DNA of 64,000 nt from Proteobacteria bacterium CG1_02_64_396 (GTDB lineage Bacteria > Pseudomonadota > MNWR01 > CG1-02-64-396): contig MNWR01000081.1 of NCBI GenBank assembly GCA_001872725.1, forward strand, positions 33,849-97,848, read 5' to 3'. The notes beneath the pieces are model-generated. The model did no database searches. It worked only from the letters and a program-made list of their open reading frames with translations, and was not told where the DNA came from. Of the stretch, positions 56,179 to 64,000 are shown one piece after another (positions within the stretch are counted from its first letter, which is position 1; every line of letters starts with the position of its first letter). The position numbers and the translations under genes are program-made.

Positions 56179-56248
56179 GGGGTTTCCTCCAGTTGGAAAA
56201 AGGATTGAGGTGCAACGTGGGGAGAGCCTAAAAGAAGTTTGTTTGAGG

Positions 56249-56269
56249 ATGCAACTTAAATTTCAGCAT
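56249..56269. promoter_or_regulatory. Candidate Rrf2/NsrR-type operator in the glbN upstream region
   Basis: ATGCAACTTAAATTTCAGCAT: ATGC...GCAT ends around an AT-rich centre, resembling the ATGCAT-containing NsrR half-sites as recalled. About 70 nt upstream of the glbN ATG. A GATGCATTT half-site also lies upstream of rrf2 (54665-54675). Confidence 0.35.
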
Positions 56270-56504
56270 TAGAACTCTTGAATATCTGAGTGGGTCGCGG
56301 GCGCCTCAACGTTCGTCAGCTGGAACGTCGCGGCAGAGGTATTGGGGTGGGGGGAAGCAGGTTCAGGCCACATGTAGGGGGCCGGTTTGAAGGGCTCATA
56401 CAGGGGACATATCCAAGCATCTCCATCTCGAACGCCCCCTTTCCACCGCAAACCGACGCCCCTACAAAAACCTGGGGGGCCTCCCCGCCCCTTCGGCAAC
56501 CTCC

Positions 56505-57287
56505 TCACCCCACCCGCGCCAGCGCCTCCAGGCGGCACATCGCCACCGTGATGATCCCCTGTTCGTCGGCGGGAAAGTCGCGGCAGTAGTGATCGATCAC
56601 CCCTCCCACAAAATCCTCCACCTGCCCGGTGGGGATCCGCGAGACCCAGGGGAGCCAGGTGGTGCGGATCCACCCGGCAAGTCCGGCGCGGTCGTGGCGC
56701 ATCGCTTTGGGCACAAGCGCAACCGATTCAGGAATCCAGCCGCACTGTTCCAACAAAGCGCGGTAGGGCCCGGCCTCGGGAAAGGTGTAGGCGAACGAGA
56801 AATCGTCGAAATAGCCGCGCCAGCGCGGCGCACGCCGCTTCGCCTCGATGGCCTGCACCATCGCCGCCGCATTGCCGTGCCCCCCGAACGAAAAGAGCAG
56901 GCGTCCCCCGGGTGCCATGCGGGGATGCAAGGCGGTGAGCATCGCCCGGTGGTCGGGGACCCAGTGCAAGGCTGCGTTCGAAAAGGCCCAATCGAAGGGG
57001 CCGGGGGTCGGCAAGATCTGGGCGTCCCCCTGGATGAAGCTCAGATTGGGGGCGGTGTGGCTGGCGCGGGCGAGCGCCACCATGGCGGGGGAGGCGTCCA
57101 TCCCCACGACCACCCCTTGCGGGACTTGGGCGGCGAGCTGGGCGGTGATGGCGCCGTTGCCGCAGCCGATGTCGAGGATGCGCTCGTCCCCCCGAAGGGC
57201 GAGGCGTGGCAACACCGAGGCGGCCCACCCGGCTTGGGCGGTGGCGTTGGCGGCGTAGTCTTGGGCGTTCCAGTTGAAGGTCGTCAT
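56505..57287 (-). CDS. Class I SAM-dependent methyltransferase (trans-aconitate methyltransferase Tam-like)
   Basis: ILDIGCGNGAITAQLA motif I; GMDASPAMVALA; overall Tam-like layout; 260 aa. Confidence 0.6.
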   Translation of the reverse strand: MTTFNWNAQDYAANATAQAGWAASVLPRLALRGDERILDIGCGNGAITAQLAAQVPQGVVVGMDASPAMVALARASHTAPNLSFIQGDAQILPTPGPFDWAFSNAALHWVPDHRAMLTALHPRMAPGGRLLFSFGGHGNAAAMVQAIEAKRRAPRWRGYFDDFSFAYTFPEAGPYRALLEQCGWIPESVALVPKAMRHDRAGLAGWIRTTWLPWVSRIPTGQVEDFVGGVIDHYCRDFPADEQGIITVAMCRLEALARVG

Positions 57288-57294
57288 GGTGATT

Positions 57295-57359
57295 TTCTCT
57301 GGGTGTTTATAGGTCTTATAGGTTCTATAAGTCTTGTAGGTCCTAAGTTTTTTAAAGCT
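57295..57359. repeat. AT-rich block with degenerate TAGGTC/TAAGTC direct repeats upstream of the Tam-like gene
   Basis: TTATAGGTCTTATAGGTTCTATAAGTCTTGTAGGTCCTAAG: five or more spaced copies of (T)AGGTC-like units in the only strongly AT-rich 65 bp of the window. Confidence 0.5.
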
Positions 57360-59012
57360 TCAAGCGCCGATGCCGCGCAAGGTCGCCTGCAAGGTCGCCG
57401 CCACCGGATCGCGCCCCAGCGCCACCCCATAGCGGGTGTGCTCGCCCAGCCGCACCGCCACATAAACCGCCGCCTGGGCGTCGGTTCGGGTTGGATGGTC
57501 GAAGGCGTGCTGGGCGTAGTCGGCGATTTCGACCGCCATCCCCAAGCCCCCGTGCAGCGCCGCCGTAAAGGCCTCCAGCGGCCCCGCCCCTTCGCCGGTG
57601 CAGGTGAGGGTGAGTCCGTCCCGCTCGATGGTGGCGCTGATGCGGCCGTGGTCGAAGTGGTGGTCGAGCAGCTGCCAGCCCATCACGCTCAAGTAGTGAT
57701 CCCGAAACAGATCCCCCAACCGCTGAGGGTCGATCTCTCCTCCGTGCCGGTCGGCCTGCCCCTGCACGATGGCCGAAAAATCGACCTGCAACCCCCTGGG
57801 CAGTTGAAAGCCATGCACCGTCTCCATGACATGGGCGATCCCCCCCTTGCCCGACTGGCCGTTGATCCGGACCAGATCCTCGAACCCCCTTCCGACATCG
57901 CGGGGATCAAGGGGCAAGTAGGGAACCTCCCAGGCTTCACCATCCCGCCGCGCCGCCAGCCCTTTGCGAATGGCATCCTGATGCGAGCCCGAAAAGGCGG
58001 TGAAGACCAAGCCTCCCGCATAGGGGTGGCGGGGGTGGACCTGCATCCCGGTGCACCCCTCGTAGGTGCGGGCGACCGCGTCGATGGCCGAGAAATCGAG
58101 CCCGGTGTCGATCCCCTGGGTGTGCAGGTTCATGGCCAGCGTGACCAAGTCGAGGTTGCCGGTCCGCTCCCCGTTGCCGAAGAGGGTCCCCTCGACCCGA
58201 TGGGCCCCCGCCAAGAGTCCCAACTCCGCCGCCGCCGCTGCCCCCCCGCGATCGTTGTGGGGGTGCAGGCTGACGCTAACTCCCCGCTCAGGGGTCAGTC
58301 CGTGGTCGGAAAGACGGCGCACCATCCACTCGATGCGGTCGGCGAAGCGGTGGGGGGGCTCGACCTCGACGGTGGCGGGCAGATTGAGGATGCAGGGGCG
58401 CTCTCGGCTCGGCTGCCACGCCGCCATCACCGCCTGGCTGATCGCCAAGGCGAATTCAGGCTCGGTGGCGGTGAAGCTCTCGGGTGAATACTCGAAAACC
58501 CACCGGGTTTCGGGCTGAGCGGCAGCACATTCGGCCACCACCTGCGCCGCCTCCACCGCCAAGTCGATCACCTGACCCTGGGATTTACCAAAGACCACCC
58601 GCCGCTGCACCGGCGAGGTCGAGTTGTAGAGGTGCACAATCGCCCGAGGCGCCCCCTTGAGGGCGGCAAAGGTGCAGCGGATGTGGGGTTCCCGGGCCGG
58701 GGTGAGTACCTGAATGGCGACGTCATCAGGGATCGCACCCAGCTCAATCAGGGCGCGGACGAAGTCGAATTCGACCTGGCTGGCCGAGGGGAATCCGACC
58801 TCGATTTGCTTAAAACCGATGGCGACGAGCTGCTCGAAAAGCCGTTTTTTGCGCGGAGCATCCATCGGGTCGATGAGCGCTTGGTTGCCGTCGCGCAAAT
58901 CGACGGCGCACCAGACCGGGGGTTGGGTGAGGGTCGCCTCGGGCCAGGTGCGGTCGGTGAGGATCACGCCGGGGGAGGGACGGTATTTGCCGGGGATAAA
59001 AAATGAAGACAT
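57360..59012 (-). CDS. leuA: 2-isopropylmalate synthase (long form)
   Basis: DLRDGNQALIDPMDAPRKKRLFEQLVAIGFKQIEVGFPSAS, HPHNDRGGAAA, C-terminal LeuA dimerisation/regulatory domain. ATG at complement of 59010-59012; 550 aa. Confidence 0.9.
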   Translation of the reverse strand: MSSFFIPGKYRPSPGVILTDRTWPEATLTQPPVWCAVDLRDGNQALIDPMDAPRKKRLFEQLVAIGFKQIEVGFPSASQVEFDFVRALIELGAIPDDVAIQVLTPAREPHIRCTFAALKGAPRAIVHLYNSTSPVQRRVVFGKSQGQVIDLAVEAAQVVAECAAAQPETRWVFEYSPESFTATEPEFALAISQAVMAAWQPSRERPCILNLPATVEVEPPHRFADRIEWMVRRLSDHGLTPERGVSVSLHPHNDRGGAAAAAELGLLAGAHRVEGTLFGNGERTGNLDLVTLAMNLHTQGIDTGLDFSAIDAVARTYEGCTGMQVHPRHPYAGGLVFTAFSGSHQDAIRKGLAARRDGEAWEVPYLPLDPRDVGRGFEDLVRINGQSGKGGIAHVMETVHGFQLPRGLQVDFSAIVQGQADRHGGEIDPQRLGDLFRDHYLSVMGWQLLDHHFDHGRISATIERDGLTLTCTGEGAGPLEAFTAALHGGLGMAVEIADYAQHAFDHPTRTDAQAAVYVAVRLGEHTRYGVALGRDPVAATLQATLRGIGA

Positions 59013-59664
59013 GGGATGCCTCGAATTTGAAAAAGGTGGAAGCCCCCTCCTTAAGGGGAGGAAAGGCATCGCCAGGGGACCGGGCTCCTACCGCTGAGAC
59101 GAACGGTCGCAGCAGGTGTAGGAGCTCGGTCTCCGGGCGATTCGAAGGCAAGGTCCACCGTGATGATCGGCCTTAAGAGGGGCCAAACGCAGCGGACGAA
59201 AACGGGCCGACGAATCGTTGGAAAAGGGGATCAAGCGTGGCGTACCGCTACGGCCTCCGCCCGGCCACGCAGGGGGAAACCCCTTACGGACGGCGACCGC
59301 TGGGCAGTCGTAGGGACAGCAGTAGGGGGGGTAGAGCGGACGAATCCTGGGCGCTGCCGTAGATCGGCATTGCAGGGGTGAAGCTCAAGATGTGGAAGGA
59401 GGTGTCTTGCATGACCAGCCCCGGTGGGGATCCCCTTGTTCAGGGGTACAACGACTCAAGGACAAACCGGCCCCCTCTTCGCGGAAGGGGAAACTTCAGC
59501 GCGGCAGTAGGCCTAACAGTCGTTGGGTGGGCTGGGTGTTCATAGGGCGCGGATGGTGGGCAAAGTGGGGGGCAGGGTCAAGGGATGCTTGTTTCTCTTG
59601 CCATTGAATGGGGTAATGGCGGAGTCGATGTCGACAACCTCATGGCGAAGGAACAAGGAGCTCA

Positions 59665-60483
<819 letters not shown>

Positions 60484-60521
60484 AAGGGGATTCAGCCCCC
60501 TTGTGGAGATCTCTAAGGAGA

Positions 60522-60562
60522 CGCCGATTCAAAGCCTCCTGCCTTGAATCGGCGCTTTCTTA
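60522..60562 (+). terminator. Candidate terminator after the DUF2726-like gene
   Basis: GCCGATTCAA / TTGAATCGGC 10-bp stem, 11-nt loop, followed by GCTTTCTT (weak T-tract). Confidence 0.45.
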
Positions 60563-60608
60563 GAGGTTTCCTTGTTTCGAGGATGCCGACGGAAACAAAG
60601 GAGGGACG

Positions 60609-61703
60609 ATGCTGGTTTTGCTTGCAGGCAAGGACAACGCAGTGGTGCCACTGACGCTCGAAGCGGTTCAGAGAGGGTCGCCGCTTGACGCCATCGCCAA
60701 GGATCATCGCGATCTGCTCCTGGATTTGGGGTTGGCCCCGGAGGCGTTGGACGACCCTTTGGCTGCCGACCCACCCCACTGGGAGGGCAACGTGTTCACC
60801 CATACGTGGTGGAATACCGACCCCCCCTTCGATTCGGGCAGCGTTACCGCCTTCCTCTTCGATCCCTCCCGAGCCACGACCACCCATACCTGCCTGGTGT
60901 TGGGGGGCTCGGACGAAAGCTGGGTGTTCGCCTGCGACATCCTCGACGAGAGTATGTGGCGTTTACAGGCCGCCTCGATGTTTCGGCATGCGCTCGTTTT
61001 GCTCGATCCCCAGACCTATGCGGTCCATGCGGCAACTGAGAACCCAATCTCGGGACCGAATCCGTCCGACGTTCTGCCTCCGGTGGAGGTGACGACCGGG
61101 GTGGAACGCAGCGAGCTACGGGCCGAGACGGTTTCGCAAGCGGTAGGTCCATTGGTCGTCTACCGAGTTGCCAACACCTCGATCACGCCGGAACTCAAGG
61201 GGCTTCATGAAGGGCGCGTCCAACGTCGGTTTTGGGGCGATTACGCTGCATATGCATTGGTGATGATGTTTTGGCTGGTGTTGTTTTGGGGGGGCTCCCT
61301 GTGGCAGGGCCTCATCGAATCGTTGTTTTGGGTGGCGCTGGTTTTGACGGTTGTTTTCGTCACGTTGTGGCGTGATCCCAGGTGCGATGACGTATTGGGT
61401 CAAAAGACCATTCAGTGGAGCGGCCGAGATCGGCTCATGACGTTGTCGCTCTTCGCAGTCATTGCGGCTGGAATTTGGGGGATGGAATACCTGAAGAGAA
61501 TCTATGGCGTCGATATCGCTCAGTTCAGCAGAAATATAGTTCTGTCCCTCGTGACGTTGGGTGCGCTTGGGTCGTTGGTGGGGAGGTTCCGGCACAAAGC
61601 AAGGTGCAAGGTGGCCCTGGAAGAGGTTTGCTTGTGCCCATCCGAACCAACGCTGTCATCGCTTGATTCATTGGTATTTCAAGGAACAAGGACCATTTCA
61701 TGA
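60609..61703 (+). CDS. Hypothetical membrane protein (about 220-aa N-terminal soluble domain plus 4 TM helices), lower GC
   Basis: AAAGGAGGG SD 4 nt before the ATG. TM helices YALVMMFWLVLFWGG, LFWVALVLTVVFVTLW, LSLFAVIAAGIWGM, IVLSLVTLGALGSLVG. No family recognised. Confidence 0.45.
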   Translation: MLVLLAGKDNAVVPLTLEAVQRGSPLDAIAKDHRDLLLDLGLAPEALDDPLAADPPHWEGNVFTHTWWNTDPPFDSGSVTAFLFDPSRATTTHTCLVLGGSDESWVFACDILDESMWRLQAASMFRHALVLLDPQTYAVHAATENPISGPNPSDVLPPVEVTTGVERSELRAETVSQAVGPLVVYRVANTSITPELKGLHEGRVQRRFWGDYAAYALVMMFWLVLFWGGSLWQGLIESLFWVALVLTVVFVTLWRDPRCDDVLGQKTIQWSGRDRLMTLSLFAVIAAGIWGMEYLKRIYGVDIAQFSRNIVLSLVTLGALGSLVGRFRHKARCKVALEEVCLCPSEPTLSSLDSLVFQGTRTIS

Positions 61704-63349
61704 CACGAGAAACTCAAAAGATCCTGAGGATTGCCCTCCCCCTGTTGTTACCCTTCATCGGCTGTCTGTATCTGCTGTTCGATGCCCAGCAGAAGCTGCA
61801 AAACTACGACTGTCACATGCCGTTGTTGGCAACCCAGCAGGGGTTCATGGTGGCCACCTGTAACGGCTTGATTGAGGCGACTCCCGCAGGCGAGATTCTG
61901 CGCTCGTCCGAATTCCCCCCTTTGCATCTCAGCCCCCAAATCTACGCTCTGGCTACATCGGGCTCCGATGACCTGCTTGTGGTCGATATGAACGGAATCG
62001 ATGGCGCACGTGGCATCAACCGCTGCGATCATGCGTTGAGTCAGTGCACGGTGGTGTTGCCGCAAGAGCAGGCCGAGCTCTCCCGCCCTTACGGGATCCA
62101 TGAGATCGATGGTCAGGTGTTGGTCAACGAACCCAATCGTGACCGGGTGCGACAGTTCGACGAGCACTGGCAACTGGTTTCCAGCTTGCCCCTCTCCCTG
62201 CATGAACCGTATGGGCTTGATGTTCGGCAGGGATGGCTGGTGGTGGCCGATACGGGCAACCAACGGTTGGTGTACGCCCAGAAACAAGGGCAGGGGGGGT
62301 GGATCCAAGATCGAATCGTTGATTTCGCTGCGATGGGGGAGGGGGTGGACTTCAGTCGTCCCCTCAAGGTGGCGTTCGGCCACGAGGGTGAGACCTGGGT
62401 GTTGTTGGCCGATTCGCTCGATGTGGGGCGGGCCGTTGTCAGAATCGACGCTCAGGGGCAGGTGTTGAACACCTACCTTCCCCCCGAGGATGCCGAGCTC
62501 TTCGATATCCTTGCCCTACCGGATCGGTTGATTGTCAGCGATTCGGCTTTGCACACCTTGTACGAGGTCGGCCCAAACGGGGGAATGCAGACTTTGGCCC
62601 AGGGCAGTCCTCTACAAGCGTCACTCCATGAGGTCTATGAGGAGGGGCAGCAGGTTCGGGGCCAGTTCAAGTGGGGGCTCTTCGGGGCCTGTGCCATTCT
62701 GATTGGCTATTTGTTGTTGCGGAGCTGGCAAGAGTCGCGTCAACAGGGGGGGGAACGGCCGCAATCTGCATCCCCTACCATGGTGGAGGGGATCGATCCC
62801 CACAATCCCGAGATTCGTTGGATCGACCCCGAGGGGGAGAGCAGGAACCAAATGGATCGAGCCTTGTTGCTCCTAGCGCTGCTCCCCTTACTGGGTGTCG
62901 TCATCATCGGAGTGAGGTTTTTCGGGGAGGATGTCGATCTGTGGGAGGTCCTGACCCAAGGTCCCCTCTTGCTTGTGATCCTGGGGATGGTGGTGTTGAT
63001 TGGCCGCACTTGGTCAAGTCAGGTTGCCAAACGGCGGCTTGGTGTGCTGGGTGACGTCATTCTGGTGCACAAAAGCGATGGCGCGGTGGTGGCTTCTCAG
63101 GCCGATCAGGTGCGCTATGCCGCCAACGTTTTAGTCATCGGGGACGAGGTGATCCAGACGACGATGCCCCCCTTGTCGACGCAGCAGTTGATGACCCAGG
63201 TTTACCCGTTGTTGATTCGAGCCAAACCCATGGATGCGGGTGAGCTGCAAAAGCTCACGTTCAGCCAACAAACCCAGGGCATCTTGGTGGTTGGACTGCT
63301 GATCTTCCTCTTCTTCATTTGGATGACGCTTGAGCAGTTTTTCTTGTAA
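61700..63349 (+). CDS. Hypothetical membrane protein with N-terminal signal/TM, NHL-like beta-propeller repeats, three internal TM helices and a C-terminal TM
   Basis: ATGA overlap with the upstream gene. NHL-like repeat motifs (LVVADTGNQRLVY; LIVSDSALHTLYEV). TMs WGLFGACAILIGYLLL, ALLLLALLPLLGVVIIGV, LLLVILGMVVLIG, ILVVGLLIFLFFIW. Confidence 0.45.
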   Translation: MTRETQKILRIALPLLLPFIGCLYLLFDAQQKLQNYDCHMPLLATQQGFMVATCNGLIEATPAGEILRSSEFPPLHLSPQIYALATSGSDDLLVVDMNGIDGARGINRCDHALSQCTVVLPQEQAELSRPYGIHEIDGQVLVNEPNRDRVRQFDEHWQLVSSLPLSLHEPYGLDVRQGWLVVADTGNQRLVYAQKQGQGGWIQDRIVDFAAMGEGVDFSRPLKVAFGHEGETWVLLADSLDVGRAVVRIDAQGQVLNTYLPPEDAELFDILALPDRLIVSDSALHTLYEVGPNGGMQTLAQGSPLQASLHEVYEEGQQVRGQFKWGLFGACAILIGYLLLRSWQESRQQGGERPQSASPTMVEGIDPHNPEIRWIDPEGESRNQMDRALLLLALLPLLGVVIIGVRFFGEDVDLWEVLTQGPLLLVILGMVVLIGRTWSSQVAKRRLGVLGDVILVHKSDGAVVASQADQVRYAANVLVIGDEVIQTTMPPLSTQQLMTQVYPLLIRAKPMDAGELQKLTFSQQTQGILVVGLLIFLFFIWMTLEQFFL

Positions 63350-63379
63350 AAATTCAAGCATCTCAAAACGAAACAGGGG

Positions 63380-63820
63380 GTGGCCATGAACGTCGCACGT
63401 CGGCAACACCTCGTTACGTTGGCTTTGTTGCTGTGTTGGCTGGGAGCGCCCCCCGCCTACGCCCAACTTTACAAGTGGGTCGATGCGGGCGGCGTTACCC
63501 GTTTCGGCGATACCCCTCCTCCAGCGGGAACCTCGTTCGAGTCCCGCGCCATATCCCAAGGGTTGGTGGTCGAGATCTACACCACCGATTGGTGCCATTG
63601 GTGCAAAAAGGCCAAGGCCTTTTTTGCGGCGCAGCATGTGATCGTGCACGAGTACGACGTCGAAAAAGACCCCGCCGCCGACCGCCGCCGCATGGCCTTG
63701 ATCGGCAAGCGGGAAATCCCGGTCGTGGTCATCGACGGACAGGTCCCCATCGTCGGGTTCAACGAAGAGAAGTACACCTTGGGGCTGGAGGCTTGGCGCC
63801 AGGCCCATCCCGCACGCTAA
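63380..63820 (+). CDS. DUF4124 domain - glutaredoxin-like (CxxC) fusion protein, secreted
   Basis: Signal peptide ending PPAYAQ; LYKWVDAGGVTRFGDTPP (DUF4124 signature); thioredoxin-fold segment VEIYTTDWCHWCKKAKAFF...REIPVVVIDGQ. Confidence 0.6.
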   Translation: MAMNVARRQHLVTLALLLCWLGAPPAYAQLYKWVDAGGVTRFGDTPPPAGTSFESRAISQGLVVEIYTTDWCHWCKKAKAFFAAQHVIVHEYDVEKDPAADRRRMALIGKREIPVVVIDGQVPIVGFNEEKYTLGLEAWRQAHPAR

Positions 63821-63843
63821 AAGCCTGATCCATCCCACAAAAA

Positions 63844-63870
63844 GGGGGCCAAACGGCCCCCTTTTTTTGA
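63844..63870 (+). terminator. Rho-independent terminator
   Basis: GGGGGCC-AAAC-GGCCCCC followed by TTTTTTTGA. Confidence 0.75.
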
Positions 63871-64000
63871 TGCCCCAACCCTCAGCGCCGATTGATGCGG
63901 CCTGTCGTAGGAGGCGACCCCGTCGCCGAAGCTCTGTTTTTGGTCTTTGCGCAGCGTCGCCGAAAAAGGCAGGAGGCCTTGAATCAGCGCTTCCCTAGGA

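Noticed and set aside
59040-59110. GGAGGAAAG ... CCGGGCUCC motif pair reminiscent of the RNase P RNA P4/P1 region
   Set aside because: The two blocks are separated by an insertion. The other universally conserved RNase P segments (AGGGUGAAA.GGUG, ACAGAACCCGGCUUA) are absent. The resemblance is too partial.

Overview
High-GC (about 63-65%) proteobacterial chromosomal window. It is densely coding, with many translationally coupled (ATGA/GTGA/TTGA-overlap) operons. All calls come from reading motifs in the supplied ORF translations and the raw DNA; nothing was searched.

Content in order:

1. 0-6.4 kb: exopolysaccharide export and assembly genes (5'-truncated OmpA-domain/Wza fusion, Wzc-like BY-kinase, small TM protein, Wzy_C-family membrane protein) coupled to xerD.
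2. 6.5-13.8 kb: gltX, a histidine kinase plus NtrC-family sigma-54 activator pair, and a convergent DUF2339-like polytopic membrane protein of about 1130 aa that carries a 15-bp in-frame tandem repeat.
3. 14-18.3 kb: metK, a candidate SAH riboswitch, ahcY with a terminator, a GSP-synthetase-like ATP-grasp ligase, and a 186-bp nested palindromic element.
4. 18.3-22.5 kb, minus strand: DUF190, crp/fnr-family regulator, msbA, and two tandem DUF374 acyltransferase paralogs.
5. 22.6-33.6 kb: ppiA, galU, mlaF-mlaE-mlaD-(TolC-family OMP)-mlaC-mlaB-tilS, a CsgG-like lipoprotein, a DUF1858 protein and recG.
6. 33.5-46.3 kb: an LPS inner-core cluster (waaF-like, ugd, uxs, three GT9 heptosyltransferases, an ICMT/LmtA-like methyltransferase, GT2, GT4, WaaL-like ligase, hldA, a DAGK-like kinase, kdsB), followed by rpoE, an anti-sigma factor, rseC and degP.
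7. 49.8-59 kb: BASS transporter, a cupin/cupin/lipoprotein operon, yggU with an aldose epimerase, an HPP protein, an NsrR-like Rrf2 regulator with a ferredoxin-NAD(P) reductase and a truncated hemoglobin, a Tam-like methyltransferase, and leuA with an unusually long 5' region.
8. 59.6-63.9 kb, accessory-looking: a DUF2726 nuclease/Zn-ribbon protein carrying a (GTCGTG)7 coding microsatellite, two lower-GC membrane proteins of unknown function (one with an NHL-like beta-propeller), and a DUF4124-glutaredoxin fusion.

No rRNA, tRNA, CRISPR array, transposase or integrase beyond xerD was recognised. The best candidates for undescribed biology are the 60.6-63.3 kb membrane-protein pair beside the DUF2726 nuclease, the split globin-reductase-NsrR module, the Mla operon with an embedded TolC-like OMP, and the structured repeats (nested palindrome, 22-bp inverted repeat, and a twice-used terminator hairpin).
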